From Acidobacteriota bacterium (GTDB lineage Bacteria > Acidobacteriota > Thermoanaerobaculia > Multivoradales > UBA5704), in assembly GCA_040005235.1 (NCBI GenBank), contig JBDTZG010000013.1:45048-109047 (forward strand): DNA of 64,000 bases. The letters are read 5' to 3'. This document shows positions 38,639-47,260 of the stretch, in pieces. Each line of letters begins with the position of its first letter. The stretch's first letter is position 1. The position numbers and the translations under genes were made by a program. Under the pieces are notes generated by a model. The model was given only the letters and a program-made list of their open reading frames with translations, was not told the DNA's origin and searched no databases.

Positions 38639-40150
38639 ATGGCAAACAAGCTCCTGGTCGAAAGCGACCCTCACCAGACCCGGATCGCGGTCCTCGAAGA
38701 CGATCGGCTCACCGAGATCTTCGTCGAGCGCCATCGCCATCGCGGCCTGGTGGGCAACGTCTACAAGGGTCGCGTCACCCGGGTTCTGCCGGGCATGCAG
38801 GCGGCGTTCGTCGACATCGGCCTCGAACGCGACGCGTTTCTCTATGTCAGCGACGTGGCGCCCGACGTCGAGGCGATCGAGGAATCCGACCCGATCGAGC
38901 TGGAGATGGACGAGCCGCGAGGCGAGGACTCTTCCGGCGCGCACCCGATGCCGTCGATCGACGACCTGCTCAAGGCGGGTCAAGAGATCATCGTCCAGGT
39001 GGTCAAAGATCCTCTGCCGAGCAAGGGCGCGCGGATCTCGACCCATGTGACCCTTCCCGGCCGCTATCTGGTGCTGCTCCCCACGGTTCGCCATTTCGGC
39101 GTCTCGCGCCGGATCGAGGACGAGCCGGAGCGCGAGCGCCTTCTCTCTGTGCTCGCCGAGCTGCCGACCTCAGGCGACGGCTTGATCGTCCGCACGGTCG
39201 GCGAGGGCCGGGGACGCGAGGAGTTCGAAACCGACCTCGCCTACCTTTCGAAGCTGTGGGAAAAGACCCGCCATCGCTCCGGCCGTGTCGCCGCGCCGAC
39301 GCTGCTGCATCAGGATCTCGATCTCGCGCTACGGATCGTGCGCGACCTGCTGACTTCCGAGTACAGCGTGCTCTGGGTGGACGGCGAAGAGACCTACACC
39401 CGGATCGTCGAGTTCCTCGACCAGGTGCAGCCGAACCTGGTGGGCAAGGTCCGCCTGTTCCGCCAGAACAACACGCTGTTCGAGCAGTTCGGCATCGAGG
39501 AACAGATCGAAGGCGCCCTCAAGAGCAAGGTCTGGCTCAAATCGGGCGGCTACATCGTGATCAACCCGACCGAGGCGCTGGTTGCGATCGACGTCAACAC
39601 CGGCCGGTTCGTCGGTGAGAGCAACCTCGAAGACACGGTCCTCCAGACCAACCTCGAAGCGGTGGGCGAGATCGTCCGCCAAATCCGGCTGCGCGACCTG
39701 GGCGGCATCATCGTCATCGACTTGATCGACATGATCGAACCGGCGAACCGCGAACAGGTGTTCGCCCGCCTGGAGACCGAGATCCGCAAGGACCGGGCGA
39801 AGACCAAGGTGCTGAACATCTCGGAATTTGGCCTGGTCGAGGTGACGAGGAAGCGCAGCCGCTCGAACCTGGAGCGCCTGCTCACCCAGACCTGTCCCTA
39901 TTGCGCCGGCCGCGGCCGGATCAAATCGATCGCCACGATCTGCCTGAACATCCGCAAAGAGCTGCTCCGCCTGCGCGACCGCACCCACCCCTCGGAGATC
40001 CTGCTGCGCGTCCATCCGGAGGTCTCGCGCGCGCTCCAACAGGAGGAGCGGTCGATCCACGAAGAGGTCGAACGCTCGCTCGGAGCGAAGATCCTGATCC
40101 AGAGCGACCCCGAGCTTCACCACGAGCGGTTCGCCATCCTGGAAGTCTAG
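38639..40150 (+). CDS. rng: Ribonuclease G (Rne/Rng family)
   Basis: GNVYKGRVTRVLPGMQAAFVDIG, AIDVNTG, RLRDLGGIIVIDLIDM, CPYCAG; about 503 aa. Confidence 0.93.
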   Translation: MANKLLVESDPHQTRIAVLEDDRLTEIFVERHRHRGLVGNVYKGRVTRVLPGMQAAFVDIGLERDAFLYVSDVAPDVEAIEESDPIELEMDEPRGEDSSGAHPMPSIDDLLKAGQEIIVQVVKDPLPSKGARISTHVTLPGRYLVLLPTVRHFGVSRRIEDEPERERLLSVLAELPTSGDGLIVRTVGEGRGREEFETDLAYLSKLWEKTRHRSGRVAAPTLLHQDLDLALRIVRDLLTSEYSVLWVDGEETYTRIVEFLDQVQPNLVGKVRLFRQNNTLFEQFGIEEQIEGALKSKVWLKSGGYIVINPTEALVAIDVNTGRFVGESNLEDTVLQTNLEAVGEIVRQIRLRDLGGIIVIDLIDMIEPANREQVFARLETEIRKDRAKTKVLNISEFGLVEVTRKRSRSNLERLLTQTCPYCAGRGRIKSIATICLNIRKELLRLRDRTHPSEILLRVHPEVSRALQQEERSIHEEVERSLGAKILIQSDPELHHERFAILEV

Positions 40151-40152
40151 GA

Positions 40153-42357
40153 GTGGCGGGCCCCGCCGTGCCGCCTCTCGAACCCCTGGGACCCCTGGGA
40201 GCCCTGGGACCACCCGCGCCGATCGATCTCCCCGCCTGGCGCGGCGAGATCGCCAGAGATTTTCTTCCCGCCGATCTACCCGCCGCGCTCGCCCACCTGA
40301 CCGACCCGGGCGCCGCCACGCAGACGCTCCACTGGGGTCGCAACTACCTCTACGCCACGCGCTTTCCGGGCTCGCCTACGGGTGAGGTGGTGGTCAAGCA
40401 ATTCCGGGAGGAAAGCTGGGCCGCCCAACGCAGAAAGGCGCGGCGCGGCTCGAAAGCGGAGCGAAGCTTTCGGGCAGCCCGCGCCGTGCTCGGCGCCGGA
40501 GTGCCCAGCCCAGAACCGATTCTCTGGCTGGACGCAAAGGGCGACAGCGGTGTCTCCTTCTACGCCTGCCGCCGGATCGAAGGAATCGAAGTCCGCCATC
40601 TGTTCCGCGCCGCCGCGGTAGGCAAAGAGCGCGAAGAGTTCCCCGACCTCGATCTGCCCCAAGTGCTCCAAGAGATCGGCCGCCTCGCCCGGCGCCTGCA
40701 TGATGCGGGTATTCGCCATCGCGATCTCTCGGTCGGCAATCTCCTCGTCCGGCGTCCGGTTCCAGCGGGCGCGCCGGGCGAGCCGCCGGAGCTCTCGCTG
40801 CTCGATCTGAACCGCTCCCGGCTGGGGGTGACGCTCAACCTGCCGGCGCGGATGCGTGAGTTTTCCCGCCTGGCGCTTTTCCGGCCGGAGCATCGCGAGC
40901 TGCTGCTCGCCGGATATTTTGGCCGCACGCCAACCTCCGCCGAGCGGGGGCTGCTCACGTTCTACCAGGGCGCGTTCGAGGCGAAAAATCGGACCAAGCG
41001 CGGAGTGCGGCGCGTCTTGCGGGGTGCCCTCTCCGCACTTCGACCTCGGCGAGCGCATCCGCACATCCCCCCCGCCCCGGAAGGGGCCGCGGCGCGCGAC
41101 AAGGTGGTCTGGGACCGCCTGTCGGACCAGCCCCACCAGCACGCCGGCCGGTTCGAAAAACTCACCGCCCGCTTGACCGACCTCCCTTCGCACTGGAGCG
41201 CCGCATCGGCCGCTCTGCTCGCCGCGCCGCGCATCCGCCGCCGCTTCAAACAGCTGGAGTCGGAGCTTTTCCAAGGCCCGCGCCCGTTTGGTGGCATAGG
41301 AATCGGTCTCCGCCCCGAGCCGGAAGATCCCGAAGGGCTCCTTGCCCTGGTGGACGAGCTGGGCTGCAAGAACATCCTCCTGCGCCTCCATCCCTGGCAG
41401 GAAGAACACAAAGCGGAAGAAGAGCTGGCGAAAGCGCTCGCGGCAAGAGGCTGCGACCTCCTCTTCGCCCTGCCCCAAAACCGCGATCTCGTTCGCGATC
41501 CCGCCCGCTGGCGCGCAAGCCTCGAAAAGATCGCCGAGACCTTTCTCCCCTACGGCCACCGCTTCCAAATCGGCCAAGCCATCAACCGCAGCAAATGGGG
41601 AATCTGGACGCTCGGCGAATACCTCGACCTCGCCAAAATCGCCTCGGACGTGCTCCGATCGAAACCCGCCACCTCAGGCCAACCCGTCGAGCTGCTCGGC
41701 CCCGCGGTCATCGACTTCGAGCTCTACGCCACCGCCTCGGCCCTGAACGCAAGAGCCCCCGGTCTTCACTTCGACGCCGTCGCGAGCCTCCTCTACGTCG
41801 ACCGCCGAGGAGCTCCCGAAAACACCCAAATGGGCCTCGACACCGTAGGCAAGCTCCGCCTCCTCCGAGCGATCACCGAGACCGCAAAGAACGTCAAAGA
41901 ACACGAAGGCCGCCGCCGCTCCTGGGTCACCGAAGTCAACTGGCCCCTCTGGGAAGGCCCCCACTCCCCCGCCGGAAAATCCGTCTCGGTGGACGAACAG
42001 ACTCAGGCGGATTACCTATCGCGGTACTACCTGCTGGCTTTGGCCTCCGGCATGGCGGAACGGGTTTACTGGTGGCAGATGATCGCCCGGGGGTATGGCC
42101 TGGTGGATCGGGAAGACGGAGGGAAGCTCAGGCGCAGGGCGAGTTTTTTCGCGCTGAAAGAGCTGATCGCGGAGTTGGGCGGGACGACGTTCGAACGGCG
42201 GCTGGAGAGCCCGGCGGGGACTTATTTGCTGCTGTTTCGGCGGGGGGATGGGGTGGGGATTGTGGCGGGTTGGAGTTCGGGGGAAGTTGTGGAGGGGGAA
42301 AGTAAGGGTACAGAGCAAGCGACATCGCGCGCGAAGGTAATTTATCGGCGGATATAA
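40153..42357 (+). CDS. Kdo/WaaP/InaA-type kinase fused to a glycoside hydrolase-like TIM barrel
   Basis: VVVKQF, HRDLSVGN, LLDLN kinase motifs; C-terminal LGPAVIDFE, WVTEVNWP, RVYWWQ GH-like motifs. Confidence 0.75.
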   Translation: MAGPAVPPLEPLGPLGALGPPAPIDLPAWRGEIARDFLPADLPAALAHLTDPGAATQTLHWGRNYLYATRFPGSPTGEVVVKQFREESWAAQRRKARRGSKAERSFRAARAVLGAGVPSPEPILWLDAKGDSGVSFYACRRIEGIEVRHLFRAAAVGKEREEFPDLDLPQVLQEIGRLARRLHDAGIRHRDLSVGNLLVRRPVPAGAPGEPPELSLLDLNRSRLGVTLNLPARMREFSRLALFRPEHRELLLAGYFGRTPTSAERGLLTFYQGAFEAKNRTKRGVRRVLRGALSALRPRRAHPHIPPAPEGAAARDKVVWDRLSDQPHQHAGRFEKLTARLTDLPSHWSAASAALLAAPRIRRRFKQLESELFQGPRPFGGIGIGLRPEPEDPEGLLALVDELGCKNILLRLHPWQEEHKAEEELAKALAARGCDLLFALPQNRDLVRDPARWRASLEKIAETFLPYGHRFQIGQAINRSKWGIWTLGEYLDLAKIASDVLRSKPATSGQPVELLGPAVIDFELYATASALNARAPGLHFDAVASLLYVDRRGAPENTQMGLDTVGKLRLLRAITETAKNVKEHEGRRRSWVTEVNWPLWEGPHSPAGKSVSVDEQTQADYLSRYYLLALASGMAERVYWWQMIARGYGLVDREDGGKLRRRASFFALKELIAELGGTTFERRLESPAGTYLLLFRRGDGVGIVAGWSSGEVVEGESKGTEQATSRAKVIYRRI

Positions 42358-42361
42358 ATCA

Positions 42362-42922
42362 ATGAGTAAAATTAAGAACGTTCTGGCGACAATTTGGCCC
42401 CTAGCAGGTGGGGTGAGTGGGGTACTGATCACCCTCCTAATCTTGCTGGCCAGCGCAAAGAGTTGTTTCGTTAAATCCTGGAGCCCACCACCAACGCCAG
42501 AGGCATATCGAGTCGAAGGTGGAGATGGACGAACTCTCTATCTATTGACGTTTCCTGACCGAGAAGCAATTCTCGCATACTATACTTCAAAGGGAATGGA
42601 AATCTCTCGATCAGCTTGGAAAGGAGTGTACGGGTCTCATTTATTAGGGCGCCTATGGCACATTGAGGGTCCTAAGATCACGCTCGGCTATCGCATCTAT
42701 CCGAAAGGGATTGAGCCGGTGGTGATGGAGATCACCACCATCAAAAATTTTAAACTTGGCTCAGGGGATTCATCGTTTCCTCGAGAAGGTGAGCGAGGAT
42801 ACGAGGTTATCTTATTCGGCAGAGATCAAGTGGTGTTCAGCAAAATGACACTTGAGAGGTTTGTCATTGAACCTGAATTCGCCGCTAGCATTTCCAAGCT
42901 CGCTGGTCGCGATGGGGAGTAG
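42362..42922 (+). CDS. Hypothetical membrane-anchored protein, visibly lower GC
   Basis: 186 aa ORF with N-terminal hydrophobic segment; AT-richer than the flanks. Confidence 0.6.
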   Translation: MSKIKNVLATIWPLAGGVSGVLITLLILLASAKSCFVKSWSPPPTPEAYRVEGGDGRTLYLLTFPDREAILAYYTSKGMEISRSAWKGVYGSHLLGRLWHIEGPKITLGYRIYPKGIEPVVMEITTIKNFKLGSGDSSFPREGERGYEVILFGRDQVVFSKMTLERFVIEPEFAASISKLAGRDGE

Positions 42923-42998
42923 CTGACAATCCGCTTCGACCGCGAGGTGCTGGAGTAGGGACGCACCTATGGAACCGCATAAGAAAAGCGCCACCTGA
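42923..42998 (+). pseudogene. BrnA-like antitoxin remnant
   Basis: LTIRFDREVLE* (TAG where the Trp of the TIRxDxxVLEW motif is expected). Confidence 0.4.
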
Positions 42999-43021
42999 AT
43001 CCGGCGGAGATCTGCCTTCGC

Positions 43022-43450
43022 CTACCGTCCCGGAACGATCCTGAATCTGCGCTTCCCCTCGATCCGGTAGGTTTCGAAATCGTCGTTGTCGATCGTGAAG
43101 ATCGTAGTCAGGCCCTCGCGTCTCGCGAGATGGACCAAGGTGGCGTCGGCGAAATCCATCGGCCGATCACGATATTTGTCCATGAGCGCCTGGAGGGCGG
43201 GAAGATCCTCGTCGCCGATGGGGAGTAGGGTCACCGCACCCGAGCGAAACAAAGTCCAGGCTGCCGCTTCCTGCCTCGAATCGTCCAGGAGGTGAAAAAG
43301 CTCAGCCAGTACGGCTGCCGAAGTTGCCAAAGGTAGACGAAGGGTGGGGAAAGCCTCGACGCAGCGCCGATGCCAACGGTCTTTGTGATCCAGGAAAGCG
43401 AGAAGGGCGCCTGTATCGGCAAGACCTCGAAGGGGTAGGTCACCGCCCAT
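43022..43450 (-). CDS. vapC: VapC/PIN-domain toxin
   Basis: LADTGALLA, VLAE, MDFADA, IFTIDNDDF acidic PIN residues. Confidence 0.9.
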   Translation of the reverse strand: MGGDLPLRGLADTGALLAFLDHKDRWHRRCVEAFPTLRLPLATSAAVLAELFHLLDDSRQEAAAWTLFRSGAVTLLPIGDEDLPALQALMDKYRDRPMDFADATLVHLARREGLTTIFTIDNDDFETYRIEGKRRFRIVPGR

Positions 43451-43724
43451 GGCGGCTGGCAATCCGAGCGCGGACTAGGGCACGAGCATTCTCGGCTCTC
43501 CCGGGATCCTTCCCTTCAATCGAGCCGGCGCACTTCATCGCAGCAGCGCGCATCAGCTCTTCTTGCTCCTCGAAGCTTTCGCTTCTCCGAGATCGCTCCA
43601 GCCATTCCCGTGCGATCTGCTCGAGCAACTCGGCCAAGCTCTTGTCCTCGCTCTGAGCAGCGTCCTCGAGCTCAACCTTGAGGGGGAGGGAAAGGCGCCA
43701 GCTGTAGACTTCCGTTTTCGGCAT
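43440..43724 (-). CDS. Putative RHH antitoxin
   Basis: MPKTEVYSWRLS..LKVELEDAA...SLAELLEQI; overlaps the vapC start. Confidence 0.75.
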   Translation of the reverse strand: MPKTEVYSWRLSLPLKVELEDAAQSEDKSLAELLEQIAREWLERSRRSESFEEQEELMRAAAMKCAGSIEGKDPGRAENARALVRARIASRHGR

Positions 43725-43780
43725 GCACCACAGTGTAGTACGCCTTCTCCGGCGTAGCAAGAACGCTGGCCGATCGGCGG

Positions 43781-44053
43781 TCAGGCCGTGGTCTTCTCGA
43801 ATCGCGGACCGAACCGGCGCGCGTACGCCGATCCGGCTTGGCGCATCCAGACCTCGGCTTCGGGGTGGCGGGCATGCAGGCGATCCGATGCTGCCAGCTC
43901 GTCTCGATCCACCTCATAGTCCGAGGTCCGAACGTCGATCAGGACGAACTTACCCTGATCCTCCGGGCTGAGGCGAGGCAGGATCTCGCGCTCGTAGACC
44001 TCGTCTCCCCGGCGGGCGAGGTCTTCACGAGCGGATCGGGCGGCGAGTGGCAT
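43781..44053 (-). CDS. Small conserved hypothetical protein
   Basis: 90 aa; ARRGDEVYE...GKFVLIDV..GDYE-like pattern, seen in small genes of TA-like pairs. Confidence 0.65.
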   Translation of the reverse strand: MPLAARSAREDLARRGDEVYEREILPRLSPEDQGKFVLIDVRTSDYEVDRDELAASDRLHARHPEAEVWMRQAGSAYARRFGPRFEKTTA

Positions 44054-44087
44054 GGGCGATTCCTTGCGATGGATTTTAGCATCCGTC

Positions 44088-44457
44088 TGAACCTAGGTTT
44101 CGACGCCCGAGACTTTTGTCTCGATCGTTCAGACCTGGATCGCGACACACAAGACCTAGCTCTGAGCCATCCAGACCTGGATCGCAACGGTCGGGACCAA
44201 GGTCTGAGTCGCCCAGACCAGGTCCGAGCTGTCCAGACTTGGATCGCGACACCGGAGACTTTGGTCCGCGTCGTTCAGGCCTAGATCGCGACATCCTCGA
44301 CCTAGGTCTGAGCCATCCGGACCTGGACCACGACGGTCTGGATCAAGGCCTGAACCGCCAGACCTGGATCGCAACGCCTCAGGCCTCGGTCCCGACCGTT
44401 CAGGCTTTGGTCGGAGTCGTCCAGACCTGGATCGTGATGAGCCAGGTGCGGATCGGG
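44088..44457. repeat. Degenerate 21-bp tandem array (about 17 units, consensus CAGACCTGGATCGCGACxxxx)
   Basis: Units parsed by eye; two units are 20 bp. Confidence 0.85.
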
Positions 44458-44480
44458 CCGCGAAAACCTAGCCCAGGGCA

Positions 44481-44786
44481 GGCGGCCTGAAAGGCCGGGA
44501 GAACCCAGCCCAGGGCTGAGGCCGAAGGCCGATGCCCTGGGTTGAAAGAAAGACCCCACAGAAAGGCGGCCTGAAAGGCCGCGAGAGTTTTCAGGCCCCA
44601 CGTAGCGCTCGCCAAATTCTATTTCATAGGCATCGGTGAACGCACGGCAGGGCGTGCGGATTTGTTAAACCTGGGGTTCTCGCGGCCTTTCAGGCCGCCG
44701 GGAGGTGGTGACGTGCCCCTTGACCCAGGGCATCGGCCTTCGGCCTCAGCCCTGGGCTGGGTTCTCCCGGCCCGTTGGGCCGGGCC
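44481..44786. repeat. REP/REPIN cluster with a perfect 50-bp inverted repeat
   Basis: 44493-44542 is the exact reverse complement of 44723-44772; GGCGGCCTGAAAGGCC units in both orientations. Confidence 0.85.
44591..44640 (-). pseudogene. C-terminal remnant of an IS200/RAYT-like tyrosine transposase
   Basis: Translation DAYEIEFGERYV resembles the xEIEyDERYVW terminus of IS200-like TnpA; lies between the REP arms. Confidence 0.45.
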
Positions 44787-45671
44787 TCAATGGTTTTCAA
44801 TGTCGTACACGACCCACTTTTCGGGCGTCCACCGGAGCACCTGTGCGGAAAGTGGATAGGATTCCAGGCTCAGAACCTCCTGCATCTTCCTCCGGAAATG
44901 AGCCAAGACGCTCCGGTCCGACCTGCTCCCCACGAAGAACACGAAATCGCGGCTCGGTGCGCTCACAAGCAGCTCGCCTTTTACCTCTTGGGCGAGCGCG
45001 CGCCAACGGTGATGTAGAAGGAGCCGACTCGCCTCGTAGTTATCGCCCGCGTGGATAACGTGTATCGGTGAACCCTCTTCGATGGGCTCGTGGGGGAAAT
45101 CGGTTATGGCGGCCTCGAGATTCGCCAGCGCGAGCGTGTCGAGCTCTTCCTCTGTGATCTTCAGTTTCGCGAGGTCTCCCTTGTGTACGCCGACTATGTT
45201 GTCAGGGCGGTCGAAGACGTATACTTTCCAAAGATCTCCGACAAATGGGCGTGCTACCGGGACCCCGCCCTTCTTTTTGAAGTCATCGATCCAACTCTTG
45301 GTTTTCACCGTTGCCCTGAGTGCTTCGCGGCTCGGCGCCGGTAGTTTTCCACACTCACTGGCTGTCCTAACATGATGATCAATGGAGGAGCTGCATGCCT
45401 CCGGACGCAGATTGCATTCTTTCCACAATGTGTCGAGCCCAGAAGTTGAGTTGGTTCCATCCGGGCATTGGATCTCCAACGTTAGGGGTGCAGACACTCG
45501 AACAGTTAGAGCTGACGTTTTCCTGAGCTCCTCTGCCACATGCTCTGTAAACGAGGTCTCATCTTTAAATCCGCTGTCGCGGCCAACGCAAGAAGCAGTG
45601 ACAATTAAGACAAAGGGTAGAATCAAGAACTTACCGCCGCGCCAGCTGTAGGCTTCCGTCTCTTTGGGCAT
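44787..45671 (-). CDS. DUF1444-like protein, possible lipoprotein
   Basis: YVFDRPD, ALANL, GDNYEASRLLL, LLVSAPSRD motifs; VTASC lipobox-like; lower GC. Confidence 0.7.
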   Translation of the reverse strand: MPKETEAYSWRGGKFLILPFVLIVTASCVGRDSGFKDETSFTEHVAEELRKTSALTVRVSAPLTLEIQCPDGTNSTSGLDTLWKECNLRPEACSSSIDHHVRTASECGKLPAPSREALRATVKTKSWIDDFKKKGGVPVARPFVGDLWKVYVFDRPDNIVGVHKGDLAKLKITEEELDTLALANLEAAITDFPHEPIEEGSPIHVIHAGDNYEASRLLLHHRWRALAQEVKGELLVSAPSRDFVFFVGSRSDRSVLAHFRRKMQEVLSLESYPLSAQVLRWTPEKWVVYDIENH

Positions 45672-45742
45672 GCGTCACAGCGTAATACGCTCTCTTTGGC
45701 GTGGCAATCGGGTAAGCGGTCCCCCAGGTTCGCCGCCCCGAC

Positions 45743-47260
45743 CTACCTTCGCGACCAAGCCAGCCAGCGTCGACTGAGCCTCGCGAGACGCGGCGTGAGC
45801 CGGGTCCGTTGGTAGGCGTCTGCCGCCTTGCGGATCGCTTCCGCCTGGGTGGGGTAGGAGTGGATCACCTGGGAGAGCGTCTCGAGGCCGATCCCGGCGA
45901 CCATGGCGAGCGAGATCTCGTTGATCATCTCGCCCGCGTGGCGCGCGACGATGGTGGCTCCCAGGATCGTGTCCGTTCCTTTGCGGACGTGGATTTTGAC
46001 GAAACCTTCCTCGTCGCCGTCGAGCACGGCGCGATCCGATTCGCTCATCGGCACGGTAAAGGTCATCATGCGGAAGCCCCGCTCGCGCGCTTCGTCCACG
46101 TAGGCCCCCACGTGGGCGATTTCCGGATCGGTATAAGTACACCAGGGGACGGTGAGCGAGCTCAAGCGCTTCCGCCCCCAAAACAGCGCGTTTTGGATCA
46201 CCAGCCGTGCGGTGGCGTCCGCCATGTGGGTGTACTTTTGCTCCAGCGCCACGTCGCCCGCGGCATAGATGCGCGGGTGGGTCGTCTGGAGAAAATCGTT
46301 CACCCGGACGCCGCGCTCCCGGTCGTACTCGACGCCGGCCGCTTCGAGGTTCAGCCCGAGGACGTTCGGCGCGCGGCCCACGCCGACCAGGATCTCGTCC
46401 GCGGCGACCGTCGTGTCCTGGTCGTTGTTGATCAGCCGCAGGCGCTTTTCGCCGCGGTCCAAAACGACGCTTCGGACGGTGGTGTTCAAACGGACGTCGA
46501 TCCCGTCGCGCCGCAACGACTCGGCCAGAATCTCCGCGGCGTCTCGCTCCTCGTCGGGCAGAAAGTAGGGCGTTTGGTGGGCGATGATCACCTCGCAGCC
46601 CAGCCGGGCGAACGCTTGCGCCAGCTCGCAGCCGAGCGGACCGCCGCCGATCACGAGCAGCCGCCGCGGACGCGCGGTGAGGTTGAAAACCGTTTCGTTC
46701 GTCAGATACCCGGCCGCCTCGATTCCCTCGATCTCCGGCCGCGCGGCGCGCGAGCCCGTGGCGATCACGGCTTTTTTAAACGCGAGCCTCGCCCCCGCCA
46801 CCTCGATGTGGTTTCGATCGAGGAAGCCGGCCTCGCCCAAGAACACGTCGATCCCCAGCCCCCGCAGGCGTTCGGCCGAATCGCGCCGGGCCAGCTGCGC
46901 GCGCAGCCGGCGCATGCGCTCCATCGCCGCGGCAAAATCCGCCTCTGAAGGGAGTCGCTCGCCGCCGGTGAACGTGCCCGCATGATCCAGGTCGGCATAG
47001 AACCGCCCGGAGCGCAGAAGGGCTTTCGAAGGGACGCAGCCGAAGCTCAGGCAATCTCCCCCCAGCAGGTTCTTTTCGATCAGCGCCACCTTCGCCCCGA
47101 GCCCCGCGGCGCCCACCGCCGTCACTAGTCCGGCGGTTCCGCCGCCCACGACCACCAGGTTGTAGCAACGAGCGGGTGGCGGGTTGATCCAATCCGCCGG
47201 GCGCACCCGGGCCAACAGCTCGGCGTCGTGCGCGTCGTTTGGCAAGACGGCAGGGTTCAT
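45743..47260 (-). CDS. Pyridine nucleotide-disulfide oxidoreductase (mercuric reductase/LPD-like)
   Basis: GGGTAG, GGDCLSFGCVPSK, GGGPLGCE, IYAAGD, HSYPTQAE; no C-terminal Cys pair. Confidence 0.9.
   Translation of the reverse strand: MNPAVLPNDAHDAELLARVRPADWINPPPARCYNLVVVGGGTAGLVTAVGAAGLGAKVALIEKNLLGGDCLSFGCVPSKALLRSGRFYADLDHAGTFTGGERLPSEADFAAAMERMRRLRAQLARRDSAERLRGLGIDVFLGEAGFLDRNHIEVAGARLAFKKAVIATGSRAARPEIEGIEAAGYLTNETVFNLTARPRRLLVIGGGPLGCELAQAFARLGCEVIIAHQTPYFLPDEERDAAEILAESLRRDGIDVRLNTTVRSVVLDRGEKRLRLINNDQDTTVAADEILVGVGRAPNVLGLNLEAAGVEYDRERGVRVNDFLQTTHPRIYAAGDVALEQKYTHMADATARLVIQNALFWGRKRLSSLTVPWCTYTDPEIAHVGAYVDEARERGFRMMTFTVPMSESDRAVLDGDEEGFVKIHVRKGTDTILGATIVARHAGEMINEISLAMVAGIGLETLSQVIHSYPTQAEAIRKAADAYQRTRLTPRLARLSRRWLAWSRR

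Noticed and set aside
42362-45690. Integron cassette array
   Set aside because: No integrase and no convincing attC sites; explained as a TA/REP hotspot
45743-47260. True mercuric reductase MerA
   Set aside because: No C-terminal Cys-Cys pair, no metal-binding N-terminal domain and no mer genes nearby
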